Assembly (NCBI RefSeq): GCF_009914755.1
Contig: NC_060925.1
Direction: 5' to 3' (one strand)
Source of the DNA: the human T2T-CHM13v2.0 reference genome, Homo sapiens
DNA: 64,000 nt
In this document: piece by piece, positions 34,722-48,281 of the stretch
Position numbering within the stretch: position 1 is the stretch's first letter
Layout: each line of letters opens with the position of its first letter
Notes under the pieces: model-generated
The model's input: only the letters and a program-made list of their open reading frames with translations
The model's database searches: none
Told to the model about the DNA's origin: nothing
Position numbers and translations under genes: made by a program

Positions 34722-35175
34722 GGCCAGGCACAGTCGCTCGAGAATATAATCCCAGCTACTCTAAGAGGCTGAGGTGGAGGGATCTTTAGGCCAGGAGTTT
34801 GAGACCAGCCTGGGGAAACATCACGAGACTCCATATCTGAAAACAATTTTTTTAAAAATTAGCCAAGCATACCTGTTACCAGCTACTTGGGAAGCTGAGG
34901 CAGGAGGATTGTTTGAAGCCAGGAGTTTGAGACCAGCCTGAGCAAACTCAGTGAGATCCCATCTCTACAAAAATTACAAAAATTAACCAGCGTGTTGGTA
35001 CACATCTGTCGTCCCAGCTACATGGGAAGCTGAGGGAAGAGGATCACGTGACAGTTGAGCCCAAGAGTTCAAGGCTGCAGTGAGCTATGGTCAGGCCACT
35101 GCATTCTAGCCTGGGCAATAGAGCAAGACCTTGTATCTAAAAAGAAAGAAAGAAAAGAAAAAAAGAAGATAAAAG
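34722..35175 (+). mobile_element. Three-monomer AluJ/FLAM composite
   Basis: Two left-arm-like monomers (each with ccaggagtttgagaccagcctg), then one right arm and an A-rich tail. Confidence 0.8.
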
Positions 35176-35207
35176 AATAGGAAATATCATAGTGGACAGC
35201 ACATAAG

Positions 35208-35527
35208 TAGAGGTGAAGCCAGCTGGACTTCCTCAGTGGAGTGGGGACTTGGAGAACTTTTCTGTCTAGCTAGAGGATTGTAAATGCACCAATCAGCACT
35301 CTGTAAAAATGCACCAATCAGCGCTCTGTGTCTAGCTAAAGGATTGTAAATGCACCAATCAGCACTCTGTAAAAATGCACCAATCAGTGCTCTGTGTCTA
35401 GCTAAAGGATTGTAAATGCACCAATCAGCACTCTTAAGAGCTGTAACACTCACCGCGAAGGTCCACAGCTTCATTCTTGAAGTCAGTGAGACCAAGAACC
35501 CACCAGAAGGAACCAACTCCGGACACA
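35208..35527 (+). mobile_element. LTR12 (ERV9) solo LTR, LTR12F-like, internally deleted
   Basis: Starts tagaggtgaagccagctggacttcct and ends gaaggaaccaactccggacaca. 4-bp TSD taag at 35204-35207 and 35528-35531. Contains gcaccaatcagc repeats. Confidence 0.92.
35274..35434 (+). promoter_or_regulatory. Array of five CCAAT (NF-Y) boxes in the LTR12 U3 repeats, 66-bp period
   Basis: CCAAT at 35289, 35314, 35355, 35380 and 35421. Activity is not shown. Confidence 0.6.
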
Positions 35528-38500
35528 TAAGTACTTTTATTATAGACACCTATTATGCTGTATTGCAATAAAAAATGTATTTTTTGAACATCCTAGTCTA
35601 CCTATCTTCAGAAGGCAAAAGCACCTCTGGTGTCCCTGTTGTGGTATCTCCTAGCCTACCTCTCTATAAAAGTTTTGCAATTAAGTATATTTGTGTTTTA
35701 TACATCCTTGGGCTTCTCATAGTTTAAGGTCCTAACTGGAGTTCAGTCTTTCTCAGAGCCGTCTCATGGTATCCTCACCGATGAATGAATGCTGAATAGA
35801 AAGAGCCCTGCTTGCATATATGCAGGTAGTATGGTGGAGGGGAAATCTAGAAGTCATTTCTGAGCTCTGACCTGCTGGATCATCACCCCCTGAACCCCCA
35901 GAGCCTCGGCATACAGCCTCACACTGTACCACCTATTTTGGTGGCCCAAGTTAGCTGAGAGAGAGGACCAGACACAGTGCCCACCATCACCTAGCACTGG
36001 CCCTGCTACCAAACAGTCATTCCTTTTAGCCCTCTCCTCCCCACCAAAAGCATTTCAGGCAAAGTGCCAGCTCCTGAAATGTGGCCTCTTTGAAGTGGTT
36101 AGTGAATGCCCCTGAAACCACCACCTTATGTATGGTGGTGCTTCTGCTGCCAGAGCTTAATACAGGGTCATGTTCCTTTCCTCTGAAATCTGTAACATAA
36201 ATTCAGTTTTAAACTGGATTTTTTTTTAACAGTTGGTCTCTGAACAATCTTTAGGGTGGGGAGGGGATAGTAGTGGTTGTTGGGGAGATATGTGCCCTTG
36301 AAAACTGGATTCTTTTTTGGAAAACTGCTGACACAGGCTAAATGGCAGAGAACTAAATGGCCCTACTGTTCCTACCTGCTGACAGGCTCAGCCTTGGGAT
36401 GGGGCTGAAATGAGCTCTCGCCACATGGCAGAGACATGCCTTCCTCTTTTTATTCTTCTTTCTTACAAATAGGGGGTACTTTTGTGCCTGTCAAAAAATA
36501 CAGCTTTGAAATGTAGATAACCAATTAACAACAGTCCCACCCCCAACTTGGAAAGCACATGAGTGCTGATCTAAATAACTAGAGAATCGGTAACAAGTAA
36601 CCTCCCTATTGAGAACAGGTCTGAAACCTCTTTCATAATTGGTGTTCTTTGGGAAACACTAATAGACAAACCCATCCAAGCTCAGGAAATGTACTGATTT
36701 AAAGAGGTCTAAGGAAGAGTGACCAGACCAGTGGCCAGGCATCCCGGATGCCTAGGATCCTTATGTTTCCGTACATATCTGCTGTTACATCCTTTCTGTG
36801 AGCAAGGAGGCTTTGGAACATTACAGTCTTGTCTTGGGGAGATGAGATGACACAGTGCATTTCAGTTCTGTTTCCAATGCTGTTATCTGTTGGAAAAAGG
36901 AAGCTTTCCTACCCATTTTGTCAGCATACAACTGGTAGAAGCTGTTGCAATCTCATTGTCTTCTGATCAGCCCCTCGGCAGCAGTCAGAGTGGAGGCCAG
37001 TGAAGCACTCTGGCCAAATGGTTGTGGTGAGTTTCAAAATAAGAGATCCCAGCCTGAGCACACCATCACACTTCCCATCCGATAGAACCAGAATTGTTAA
37101 CTGTACCACATCTCTATTCTAAATTTAGGCATCTTTTTTTTTTTCCAGGCAAAGATTACTATGCAAACATTTAAGAGAAAAACTTTGTCCAAAGTAATTT
37201 TTTCCCCCAACTTCTATTTGGTTTCCTGCAATGTTGAGATGACTCATTCTCTTCCAAGAAATTTTAAAGAAAAGAGATGCAGGCTGTATGTTAGTACACA
37301 AAGACTGCTCTGTAAATTCTTTTTCTTCCCTGTCTAGAAACCCCTTGCCTTTTTATAGAGAACGGAAAAGCTCTACAGTCTTCATTGTCATGTACTCGGC
37401 CTCATCAGGTTTTGTTGTTCCCAGGAATAAATGCCCCCTTGTCTTTGGGTGGGGCCCCCTTGTGGCTTACCAGCTCTGTCAACCCCACTGCAGTGGCCAG
37501 CACGGAAGCCCTTCCTGGGGCCACGCTTTCCCCCAAAGGCACACAGTTAAGGTTTCTGAAACAGAGAACGAATGGCCTTTTATCATCTGTGAAAGGAGAG
37601 ACACTGGCAATTTCCTGCCTCTGGCCTAGTGTCAGAATTTCTCCTGATTGCTAGAGGCTGTATTGCACATTTTAAGTGGGCTCGCTACACATGTATTCCC
37701 AGCCCAACCCTCAGCCAGAGGGAGCAGTAAGTCAGATCACTTCAGCAGCCTGTTCAAATAAACAGGGATAATAGTTGAGTGGTCCTCCCAACTAATCAGT
37801 ACGTGAAAGGAAACATCTGCCTGGGCTTAATTGCTGTTTTTTTTGGTTACACTTTTCCCTCCTCTTCTTCCCCCATCCCCCACTCTGGGGCTAGGTTATT
37901 TAAGTCATGGGTAAGCAACAGGGTAGAGGAATAGGAGCTTTCTCCTTTAACCTCTGCCATTCAAACATAAGGAGGAGTTAAGAAACGATAGGCTGGCAGG
38001 AGGAGATGGCCCAGAGGCAGGAGGGCAGGGCGGTGGGAAGTGATACTCATGGTCACTTCCTGACCCTGTTGCTGACTCTGGGGCTCAGAGTGAGTCATGT
38101 TGCCTCACTTCACCTCCTTGGGCCTCTGTTGCTTCAGTGGAGCTCAGCTTTCCTCTCAATGGAAAGGACAGGCTGGTATGTGAGATCACAGATGAAAGGC
38201 ATTCCCTCTTGTGGCTTCTTCCAGCAGTTGAGGTCATTGGATGAGAGACCCTGGAATGATAAATTTAAGACTGGCAAGATCCCCTGAACCCGTCCATTTT
38301 GTAGAGCATCTGGGTCCCCGAGGAGAACTTGCTCATTATCTTCTAGCCAACCAGCCATACACTAAAGGGAGGGATGTTTGAAGCTAATATGGACTCTAGA
38401 AGCCAGGCAGAAGATCATGTAGAATCATAGAATGGCAGAGGTTGGAAAAGACTTTAGAAATGTTTTAGCAGAAGCTTTTCATTTTATAGAAGGGAAAACA

Positions 38501-38649
38501 GAGGGCCAGAGAGGTTAACCAGGTTGTCCAGAGTTACCTCTTTGGTAATGCAGGAGCCAGGAATAGAAAGAGAATCTTGTGATTGCTAATTTAGGGCTCC
38601 TTCCACCCCTTTCCCCACTATCAGATGTAAAAATTCATGCTTACTCATG

Positions 38650-39340
38650 ACAGAGGCCACACATAGGTTATATTCCATAATGAATACCTTAATAGAAAAA
38701 TGGGCAGAGAACACCTTAATAAGAAAATGGCAGATTATAAAAGAAAAATGAAAATGACTGATAAACATTTTTAAAAATGCTCAGGCTCATTAGAATCAAA
38801 GGATTGCAAATTACAATAGGATACCACATCAAATTGTCAAGACAAAAAAATGTGAAATAAACATTCATATATGCTATTGGTGGTATTTTAAATTGGTACC
38901 GTTTTTCTCAAAGGCATTTTAGTGGTATAAATGGTAGTCTTTGACCCAGCAATGTTATTTCTAGGAAAAAATAATGAAAGGTGTGTGCATTAGATCATAT
39001 ACAAAGTAATGTGATATGGCATTTTTTATCACAAAAATTTAGAAGTGAAGTAAATGTCCAAGAATGGGAGCTACATCAATAGAACATATTATAATGCTAT
39101 AGAACAATAATACATGTGGAAATGTTTACAACATATGTTTAAGTGAATAAGTTACAAAACAGGATTTATAATGCAATCCCAATTTTGTAAAACTAGAAAA
39201 GATTAGAAAAATACATAACAACACTTAGAGTGGTGATTTCTTAGTGGTAGGAATTTAAGAGTTACTTTTGTTTTCTTTTTTGAGGTTTTCTAGTTTCCTT
39301 ATTATAATAAATATACATTACTTTTGTAATCAGAAAAAAA
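38650..39340 (+). mobile_element. L1ME-type 3' fragment
   Basis: gaaaaatgggcagag...tttgacccagcaatgttatttctagg...taaatgtccaagaatggg...cattacttttgtaatcagaaaaaa. Confidence 0.7.
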
Positions 39341-39626
39341 AGTATTTTTTAAGTAGAGATGTATGTACCTTGAAAAAAAGCAAGATCTTAAATGATTGTG
39401 TATCTGACATGAAAGTCCTTCCTTTTTTTGCCTGGGAGCTAGCAGCTATGGTGGGAGGGATGGGAAACAGTATTATAACTTCTGTTAGGATGGCATTTTG
39501 ATACCCGAATTTCTGGTAGGAAAGATCTAGAAGGAGCTGGCAAAAGATAAAACAAGGGCTTTCCCTCTCAATGACCCATGCTGCCAATCAGTTTTAGCTC
39601 TCTTAGGTTTGGCATACAACACTTAG

Positions 39627-39977
<351 letters not shown>

Positions 39978-40654
39978 CTCATTCTTTATTTCTACTGCTC
40001 TATGTAGTTAGATGTCAGCCCTGGGTGGCAGCAGCAAAGAACCCAGGAGCCATCACTGCTCAAGATTAACTAGTTGGAGACCCCTTAACATATATTTTCA
40101 GCATCTAGTAACAGCTAATCTCGCAGGCAGTCAATATTGAGATACCGCTGCCTTGTGAGTTTTGGGTAGAAATAAAGCAAGTAAGAAATATAGTTCCATC
40201 CTGCTTGGAGTTTTCTATTTAGTTAGGGACTTTGAAGTCCCTGAATGTTTATATACTTTTTCCTATTTCATCCCATTACACATCTTACTTTCCTTTGAAA
40301 TCTTCTGGAATGCTTGACTGCAAGTATCTGAGAAACCATGTTCCACCTAACAACAGTTGCTAGGTAGGATGTGGCTTTCAGGCCTGCTCTTTGGGGACCA
40401 ATAGAAAAACCAAAGGCTACCACCCTTTTTCCCTCTACGCAATTGCCTTTGCTAGGCACATTTCATTTTATTAAAACTCTTTGAGTAATCTGACCATAAT
40501 TGGGTCTGATTGGAGTGGTTATCTGATTTGCTGGGTTAAATAATGGGCCTTAATTGAGTCTGGGTTATTTGTAGAGCCAGTGTGGCTTTTGCCTTCGTTG
40601 CTCCCTCCTCTCTCTTCTGTTTCCCAATTAACCTTCATTCCTCTTTCCTTGCAG

Positions 40655-40717
40655 AGTAAAGAAGTCGGCCAGCAGCTCCAAGATGATTTGATGAAGGTCC
40701 TGAACGAGCTCTACTCG
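40655..40717 (+). CDS. SRGAP2C: Coding exon 4 (63 nt), SKEVGQQLQDDLMKVLNELYS, ~aa 142-162
   Basis: Acceptor ctctttccttgcag|AGT, donor TCG|gtaaat. The peptide matches SRGAP2 F-BAR. It is absent from the ORF track because it is short. Confidence 0.95.
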
Positions 40718-42674
40718 GTAAATCAGATGGGTTGCTTGGCTCTTTAACAAGCAGAGGGAAGCAGCATTTGGCAGCTTGCAGCCATAGTACATCAGCAACA
40801 GAACTGAACTGAGGTTGAAGGACAAGTGCATGGTCCCCACTGGGGGTGACCCCACCCATCTCTTTTTTCACACTCGTCTTTTCAAAACGGAATGAGTCAA
40901 AAAATACTTCCTCAAAATAAGTTTTCTCCTCAGCTATGCAAGCTCACCCTGGCTTTATTTGGGGCATAGTTACTAGAGACCAGCCAAAGTCTAGGTCATT
41001 GGCACAATGGACCCCGTTAGCAGCAAACCAGGGACCCTGAACTAATGGCAAGGAACGTAGCCTGCATTGCACTATTAATATGTGCCTGTCGGAAAGGCTT
41101 TATTGTTCTAGGTTTTTCATCAGATCTTGGATTGATGTATGGCTTTGAGACTAGAACAAATGCTCTGGAGGGCAGCACAGAGTCCTAAATGCCCCCAGTA
41201 AGAGGGACCAGTTTGAGCAGAGAGAGCTTTGCACTGGCTTCCTGGAGTTTTATAAAGCCAAACCTCAGTGACGAGGCAGGCTGCGGGCTTGAAGAAGAGA
41301 ACACAATCTGTTCTGAGATGACTGGCGCTTCAGGCACATGATGCCTGTGGCTGGTGCGTGTTAATTCATGCGCAGAGAGGTGGTGGTGGTGGTTGTTCCC
41401 CAGCCATGTTTTTCTAATTATAATGAAAACAAACACACACTCACACACATACACACCAAGGAAATTCCTGTTGTTATACAGGGAATACTTAAGTTATACA
41501 GCTAATGCCTTTCAGGGGCCCCTTCTCCAGCTTGGATGTGCCAGCCTACTATGTCATTCTCCAGGGTTTCTCCATCCTGTTTGAAGGTGATACTGATTTC
41601 TGATGTTTACTTGCTTATTTGCTGCGTTTTTTCTTTTCTTTTCTTCCTTTGTTTTTTTTTTTAATTCACAGAACAGGCAGTGATGACATGCATGACAGGC
41701 ATTTGGGATCAGATGTTGCTGATCCAGAAGCCTAGGTGTGGCCATTTTGTCATGGCAACTGTTAAGCAAGTAAATAGGGTAGAGTAGTCATCTGACTTAT
41801 CTCCAGCGATGTTCAGTTTGTTTTGAATTTCTACTCTGTGACACTTCTGCTCTGAAGCCAAGCATAGATAGATGGTACCTTTCGTTCAACTCCCAAGTTT
41901 TCATTTCTCTCAAATGAAGTTAAGAGGTTTTTAAAATAGAAACACATCGATGTGAGCCATTTTCAGACTGGATGGGTTTCCTGAACCTTGTCTTTTTAAT
42001 GCTTTACTTCTGCTCTTTTAGATCAATTTCTAAGTGCCAAGAAGAGCTATTACTCCTTTCTCCTAGCAGAGAATTCCCTAAGATAGAAAATGACACATGT
42101 AGTCATTGTATAAATTCTTTTATTTTCCTGTAAGCATCTTGACCCTCTACTATTTGCAGCTGTTTCTGGGGAGGGGTAGTTTGGATAACCAACAAACCTT
42201 GCCACTTCTTCAGTGGGACTCAAGGCAGCAGAAGAAGACTACTGTCTAAGGATCTGTTAGCTTTTACCCAGGGTCCTATGTCTCTTCATATGCTGTGCTT
42301 TAAAAAAAAAAATAAGTGAAAGGGCGTAAGCTGTGTTTGAGTGAGGAAGAAAACCTTGGAACTTATTTCTCTGGTCTGCAGAGGGCCGAGCTGCTACCTC
42401 TGACTGCAGACTTAAGACAGCCCAATATTGGCCAACTACTTTACTGGCCATTGTGAGGCCATGGTCAACATACAGCATAACATCTTCCCATTGATGTTCA
42501 AACTGAGAATTGCCTGAGTGTGGTATCCCCTGCCATAAGGTGAGCTGGAATACACCTTCATAATCTGTTAAAGGCCAAAATTAAAATGTGATGTTTTCCT
42601 CTAGTAGGCAATGGAAAGAGGGAAAAAAGAGTAGAGGCACTAGGAAGTTTCAGAGAAGTCAAAACATTCTGGTC

Positions 42675-42922
42675 CAAATGGAGTTTTAAGCAGAGGGAGT
42701 TTTACCCCGAGAGGACATTTGGCAATGCCTGAAGACATTTTTGATTGTCACGACTGGAGGAGTAGAAGGTGCTGCTGACATCTAATGATCTAGAGGCCAG
42801 GGGTGCTGCTAAAATCCTACAGTGCACAGGGCAGCTCCCACAACAAAGAATTATCTGACCCACAATGTCAATATAGAGACATTGACAATCTTCTGACCCA
42901 CAAGATTGAGAAATGCTGGTCT
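42675..42922 (+). mobile_element. MER20 (hAT-Charlie)
   Basis: ggacatttggcaatgcctgaagacatttttgattgtcac...gaggccaggggtgctgctaaaatcctacagtgcacagg...caacaaagaattatc. Confidence 0.85.
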
Positions 42923-43162
42923 AGTGACTAGAGTCTCCTGAATTAAGCAGCCTAGATTCTACCCTGTCTTGACTACTAGCTGTATGAGCTTGAGGGATAC
43001 CCCAAACCTCTATGACCTTGGTGTCTGCATACACTCCATGCACTGGTATTTCTATATCCTAGGGGGTGGAGTAGTTGGGTGAGTTATACTTCCTGAAATA
43101 TTAGGCTATAGCTAAGGATCAAATAGGTTTCCAGAGTCTGTAGGCCATTAGAAAGTTCAGTG

Positions 43163-43803
<641 letters not shown>

Positions 43804-43864
43804 TTATTTCTTCTGGAGATTAAGATAGGTTTAGGACTGGTCTGAATAAGGCACCATGGGATTA

Positions 43865-43975
43865 CGGTGACTAACTGTCCCTCTTTGCCTAGTACTGAAG
43901 AGTTTCCTGGGACATGAAATTGTCAGTGCTGAAACTGGAAAAGTTCGAGGTTAAAAAGGGTTAATTGGTCACCTT
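43865..43975. mobile_element. MER81/MER94-like hAT-Blackjack MITE (partial relative at ~11531-11600)
   Basis: Terminal inverted ends ggtgactaa...ttggtcacc; internal ctgggacatg...tcagtgctgaaactgg. Confidence 0.7.
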
Positions 43976-45735
43976 GCATGGGAGAGTGGTTTTATCAGGT
44001 GGGAAGCTGGGACTGTTACATGCTAGCTTTGGGAAGCTGCTTGCTGTATGCACACCTTTGAGGAGTCAAGAAGAGAACAAGGGAGAGTTTCTTAGAAGGA
44101 GCTTTCCCATTATTTGCTTGTCAGGAAGGCAGGGAAGGGCCTCTCATTTCAATGACGTTGTAGGCAATAGAAGTTATTTGGGGTCACTGGAAAAAGGAAA
44201 CCAAGGATATAAGAAACCCACCCAGTTTTTTCATGTCCTTCACATCTGCTCCTAATGCCCATGAATACCTTTTTTTAGGGGACTAGTTATCCAAGGGTTG
44301 GTAATTTTAGTACCTTTGAACCTTGATGATCCAAGGAGCAGGACCCAGGTGTTCCCAAATAAAGATGCCTTTGGGCACCGGGCCCAGAATGCCGCCATGA
44401 GTGGCCAGCTGCCCCTCTGCACCTTCCTCTTTTCTGCCTGAAGGGCCTTTGATTTCCCTGACTTGGCATTCTGTGCTGGGGCCTGCTTCCCACAGCTGCT
44501 ATTCAGAGAGCAATCCTAGCGAGCATTCTTCTCCACGTGTTTTCCCCCCATAATGAGCTGGCTTGTATGTAAGCCATGGCATAAGTGGTTTTCATTTTCT
44601 GACTGATGCACCGGGAATGCCTTTGAAGTCAGAACACACTGCTTCCCAAAGAACTCTGGGATTCTTTGCCTCAGTTGTACTCAGAGGTCGTGTCTGGAAA
44701 AACCCAGCAAACCCCCACAGGAAGGAGTGTACATGGAGGCACTGAAGCCAGTGTGGATTGGCTGAGTATGAAGAGTCAAGGAAGCTCTAGAATTGAGAAA
44801 AAAGAGGCTTTGGGACACTTTGGGGCTGTTGTTATTCCAGAGGCCTTATGCTTCTGTACTCCCCCTAAGTTTACATCCCCTTGGCTTGGAGCAGCGGCTG
44901 TGTGCTGGCAGAGCTACTTCAGACTGGTATTTAGCACCTGTTCCCTTGAAACAATGGCACTTAATAGTCCCTCAACTCTGCTTGCCTATTTGACTCTGGC
45001 ACTAGGCACTAGGGAGACAAGAACAAATAAGAGATGTTTCTGACCTCAAGGCGTTTAGTTTTAATAGGGAGAGACAGAAAAGTAAAGCATCAAGTGAAAA
45101 ATGAAGTGACAAGAACTCATTTACATGTCTGCACAGAGGACAGGGATGAAGTCAGGCTCCTTGAAGAGATACTTGAATTGAATCTTTATTGCCAAGAACT
45201 CTTTTCTTGTTCTCTACATGTTCCCTTTTTTGTTGCATCCAACTTTTGTTTCATGATGCAGTATCGTTTTATTTCTCATTTATCTCTCCAGGGCTATTAT
45301 GGATATATTGTTTTCAAACTTTTCTTCTTGTTGTATAATATTTCTTCTAAATTGCTAGTTTTGGTCTTGGTCTTTCATATTAGACATTTCCTTTAAATGC
45401 GTGGTCATTCTTAGCTGCCTATTCACATTTTAAAGTGAGGCACTAAAAGATTCTATGTCAGCTGTGGCCTTCACAGTAGGGTGTTCTAACTGGGCTGTGT
45501 CCTTGTGGAAGCCCCAACTTTAGTATTTCTAGGTCTCTTATCTTGGATGGTCACATTGCCGAGAGATCACACTTTTGATCTCCCACTCATGTCTGGGAGC
45601 TGAGTTGTGAAGAGGCCTAGACCATCTCAAAATTTAACATAGACTTCAGCTAATCCTCCTGTTGAAGTTCAGTATACCCCTATCCTCAGCTGAACCTTGT
45701 ATCCCCTAGTCCATGGACCCTCTCTAACAGAATAA

Positions 45736-46119
<384 letters not shown>

Positions 46120-46484
46120 TCAATAGCTTATTTTGTGTTTAGCTCTACCTTCATCCCACTGCTACTTATTTCTCTTCGGGCTTCTGTGATATAAATCTGG
46201 CTGCTTCCTGGCTCACTCTAGTTTTGGTTTAGGACTCAAGTAGATGAGTTACTGCTTGCCTACCTGCTTTTCGGCTTCAGCTTCCATTCTTTTTGTTTTT
46301 CTCAATTTATACCTAAATGATAATCATTTTAGAACCTTTTTTTTCCTATTATTTTAGTGTGGCTGTCAGAGGGAGCAGAGCTAAATATGTGATTTCAGTG
46401 TTTAGTTTTTCAAAGTAAAGTGGAATATTCTTTGCAGAACTGAGAATTTAGACTTTTCAGTTTTTCCCCATAGTTTGCATTTGC

Positions 46485-46750
46485 CTATCTATATATAGAT
46501 AGAAGTATGTATATGTATATCTTTATGTATACATATCTATATATACATATATGAGTAGCTATATGTCTAAGACATAGATATATAGATATACATATATTTA
46601 CATATGTATATGTACATAGATATATATATCTAAGTCCTATCTTGGCTTTCTCTAAGTCCTATCTTGACTATAAATATATATTTATAAATATATATTTAAC
46701 ATGTATATCTGTATCTATATACATTTCTAAGTCCTGTCTTGACTTTCCTA
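46485..46750. repeat. Degenerate (TA)n-rich tract with interspersed tctaagtcctrtcttgrct units
   Basis: Alternating AT runs; motif copies at ~46629, ~46651 and ~46726. Confidence 0.85.
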
Positions 46751-47641
46751 TTTTTTCAATTGTTTTGGCATCACTTATTTAAGCTTCAGCTTCTAGGTAC
46801 CTCAGTTTTCTCTTGAGCTGGAAGGCACTAATAAAGCTTCTCCAGTATTTACCCAGAAGAGAGATTCAGTGTCATTCAGTCATTTGGGCAACCACTTTGT
46901 AAAACTACCATTGTGTATATGACATATTTCTCCACTGTGAGAAGAAAACACAAAAGAAGTAGAGCTTAGCGTGAAGAATGTATAGTTTCTTAGGCAAAGT
47001 AGCGTTTTACTCTCTTTTAACAAGAAAGTTCTTTAAGTTTTTTAGGGGAAAGTAACATTGTAAATTGTTGATTTTTGTTACTTCATTTGTTGACTTGGTA
47101 GCGCTATTCTTTGACCTCTTTTTTATCTCATGTTTATTCATAACGTTTTCTCTTTATCATGCACCTTCATGAAATAGGAAATCACTTTAAAAAAGAAAAA
47201 AAGCACTCACTTTTGTAACTTCTCACTAAGCTTTTGAATCCCATGGTCAGATTCAGGTGAAAAAAGAGAAAAAAAAGAGGAGCCTCCTATCTACACTTCT
47301 TCAGCTGAGATAACAGATGCCTCTTTTCCACTTCTTAGTTAACCTGGAAAGCTGGGGGTCTGTTTGAATTACTTAGAAAGGCTTTTAAACACCATTAGTT
47401 GTTAAGTATTTTTTCTTCTGTATAGAAAATATGAAGAGTATTATCCTGGTAAAATTTACGGGAAGTAGTGTTAGGTTCAGAATGAGGTGAAACTGATTTA
47501 AAACATTCTGCATTCAAAATGAGACATAATTTAGACTCTAATGTACTTTGATTTTGTCAGTGTCCCAGTATTCTTTATTCTTTCGTCTGCCTCTAGCTGA
47601 TCGTAGGGCCTAGATTAGTATACCCACAAAGTCTTTCTAAG

Positions 47642-47853
47642 CTAGATTTTCTCAACGTCAGCACCATTGACATTTGGGCCAGATAATTAATTGTTGTGGG
47701 GGCTGTCCTGTGCATGGGATGTTCAGCAGCATCCCTGACCTCTAACTACTAGATGCCAGTAGCAATCCCCAAGTTGTGACAATCAAAAATATTTCCAGAC
47801 ACTGCCACATTTCCCCTGGGGGCCAAAATAGCCCCAGGTTGAGACACTTCTCT
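47642..47853 (-). mobile_element. MER20 (hAT-Charlie)
   Basis: ttctcaacgtcagcaccattgacatttgggccagataatt...cagcatccctgacctct...ttgtgacaatcaaaaatatttccagacactgcca. Confidence 0.85.
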
Positions 47854-47959
47854 AACTCAGGTTCATACATGGAACCAGTTTCTCTTTTCAGGAATATCTT
47901 GACCATATTTAACCTTTCCTCCCAACCAGTTCAGCTCCAGTCCTATCCAGAGGAGAGTC

Positions 47960-48190
47960 GGTGTTGCTTAATGGCTAAGAATGTGGTCTTTGGAGTCTGA
48001 CAGACCTGGGTTTGAATCCTGATTCCACCATTTACTCATTGTATGACCTTGGGTATGATAGTTAATCTCTCTGAGCCTTATTTCCTTATCTTTAGAAATA
48101 GAAATAATAACAGTGTCTTTCACAGAGTTATTGTAAGAATTAAATGAGGTAATGTACGTAAAGCCCATGGTACACAATGTTTATTAAGTG
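47960..48190 (+). mobile_element. MIR
   Basis: tttggagtctgacagacctgggtttgaatcctg...tgaccttggg...aatctctctgagcct...gaattaaatgag. Confidence 0.85.
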
Positions 48191-48229
48191 GTAGATATTA
48201 ATAATATTGTACCTTTGCACTCCTGTGTT

Positions 48230-48281
48230 ACACACACACATGCACACACACACACACACACACACACATGCACACACACAC
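48230..48281. repeat. Interrupted (CA)n microsatellite
   Basis: acacacacaca tg cacaca... tg cacacacacac. Confidence 0.95.

Noticed and set aside
35187-35549. 120-aa ORF with repeated SADWCIYNPLAR
   Set aside because: Antisense translation of the 66-bp LTR12 repeats.
41680-41795. Possible C/D-box snoRNA (GTGATGA ... CTGA)
   Set aside because: The first CTGA is too close, the second lacks a convincing terminal stem, and I recognised no guide complementarity.
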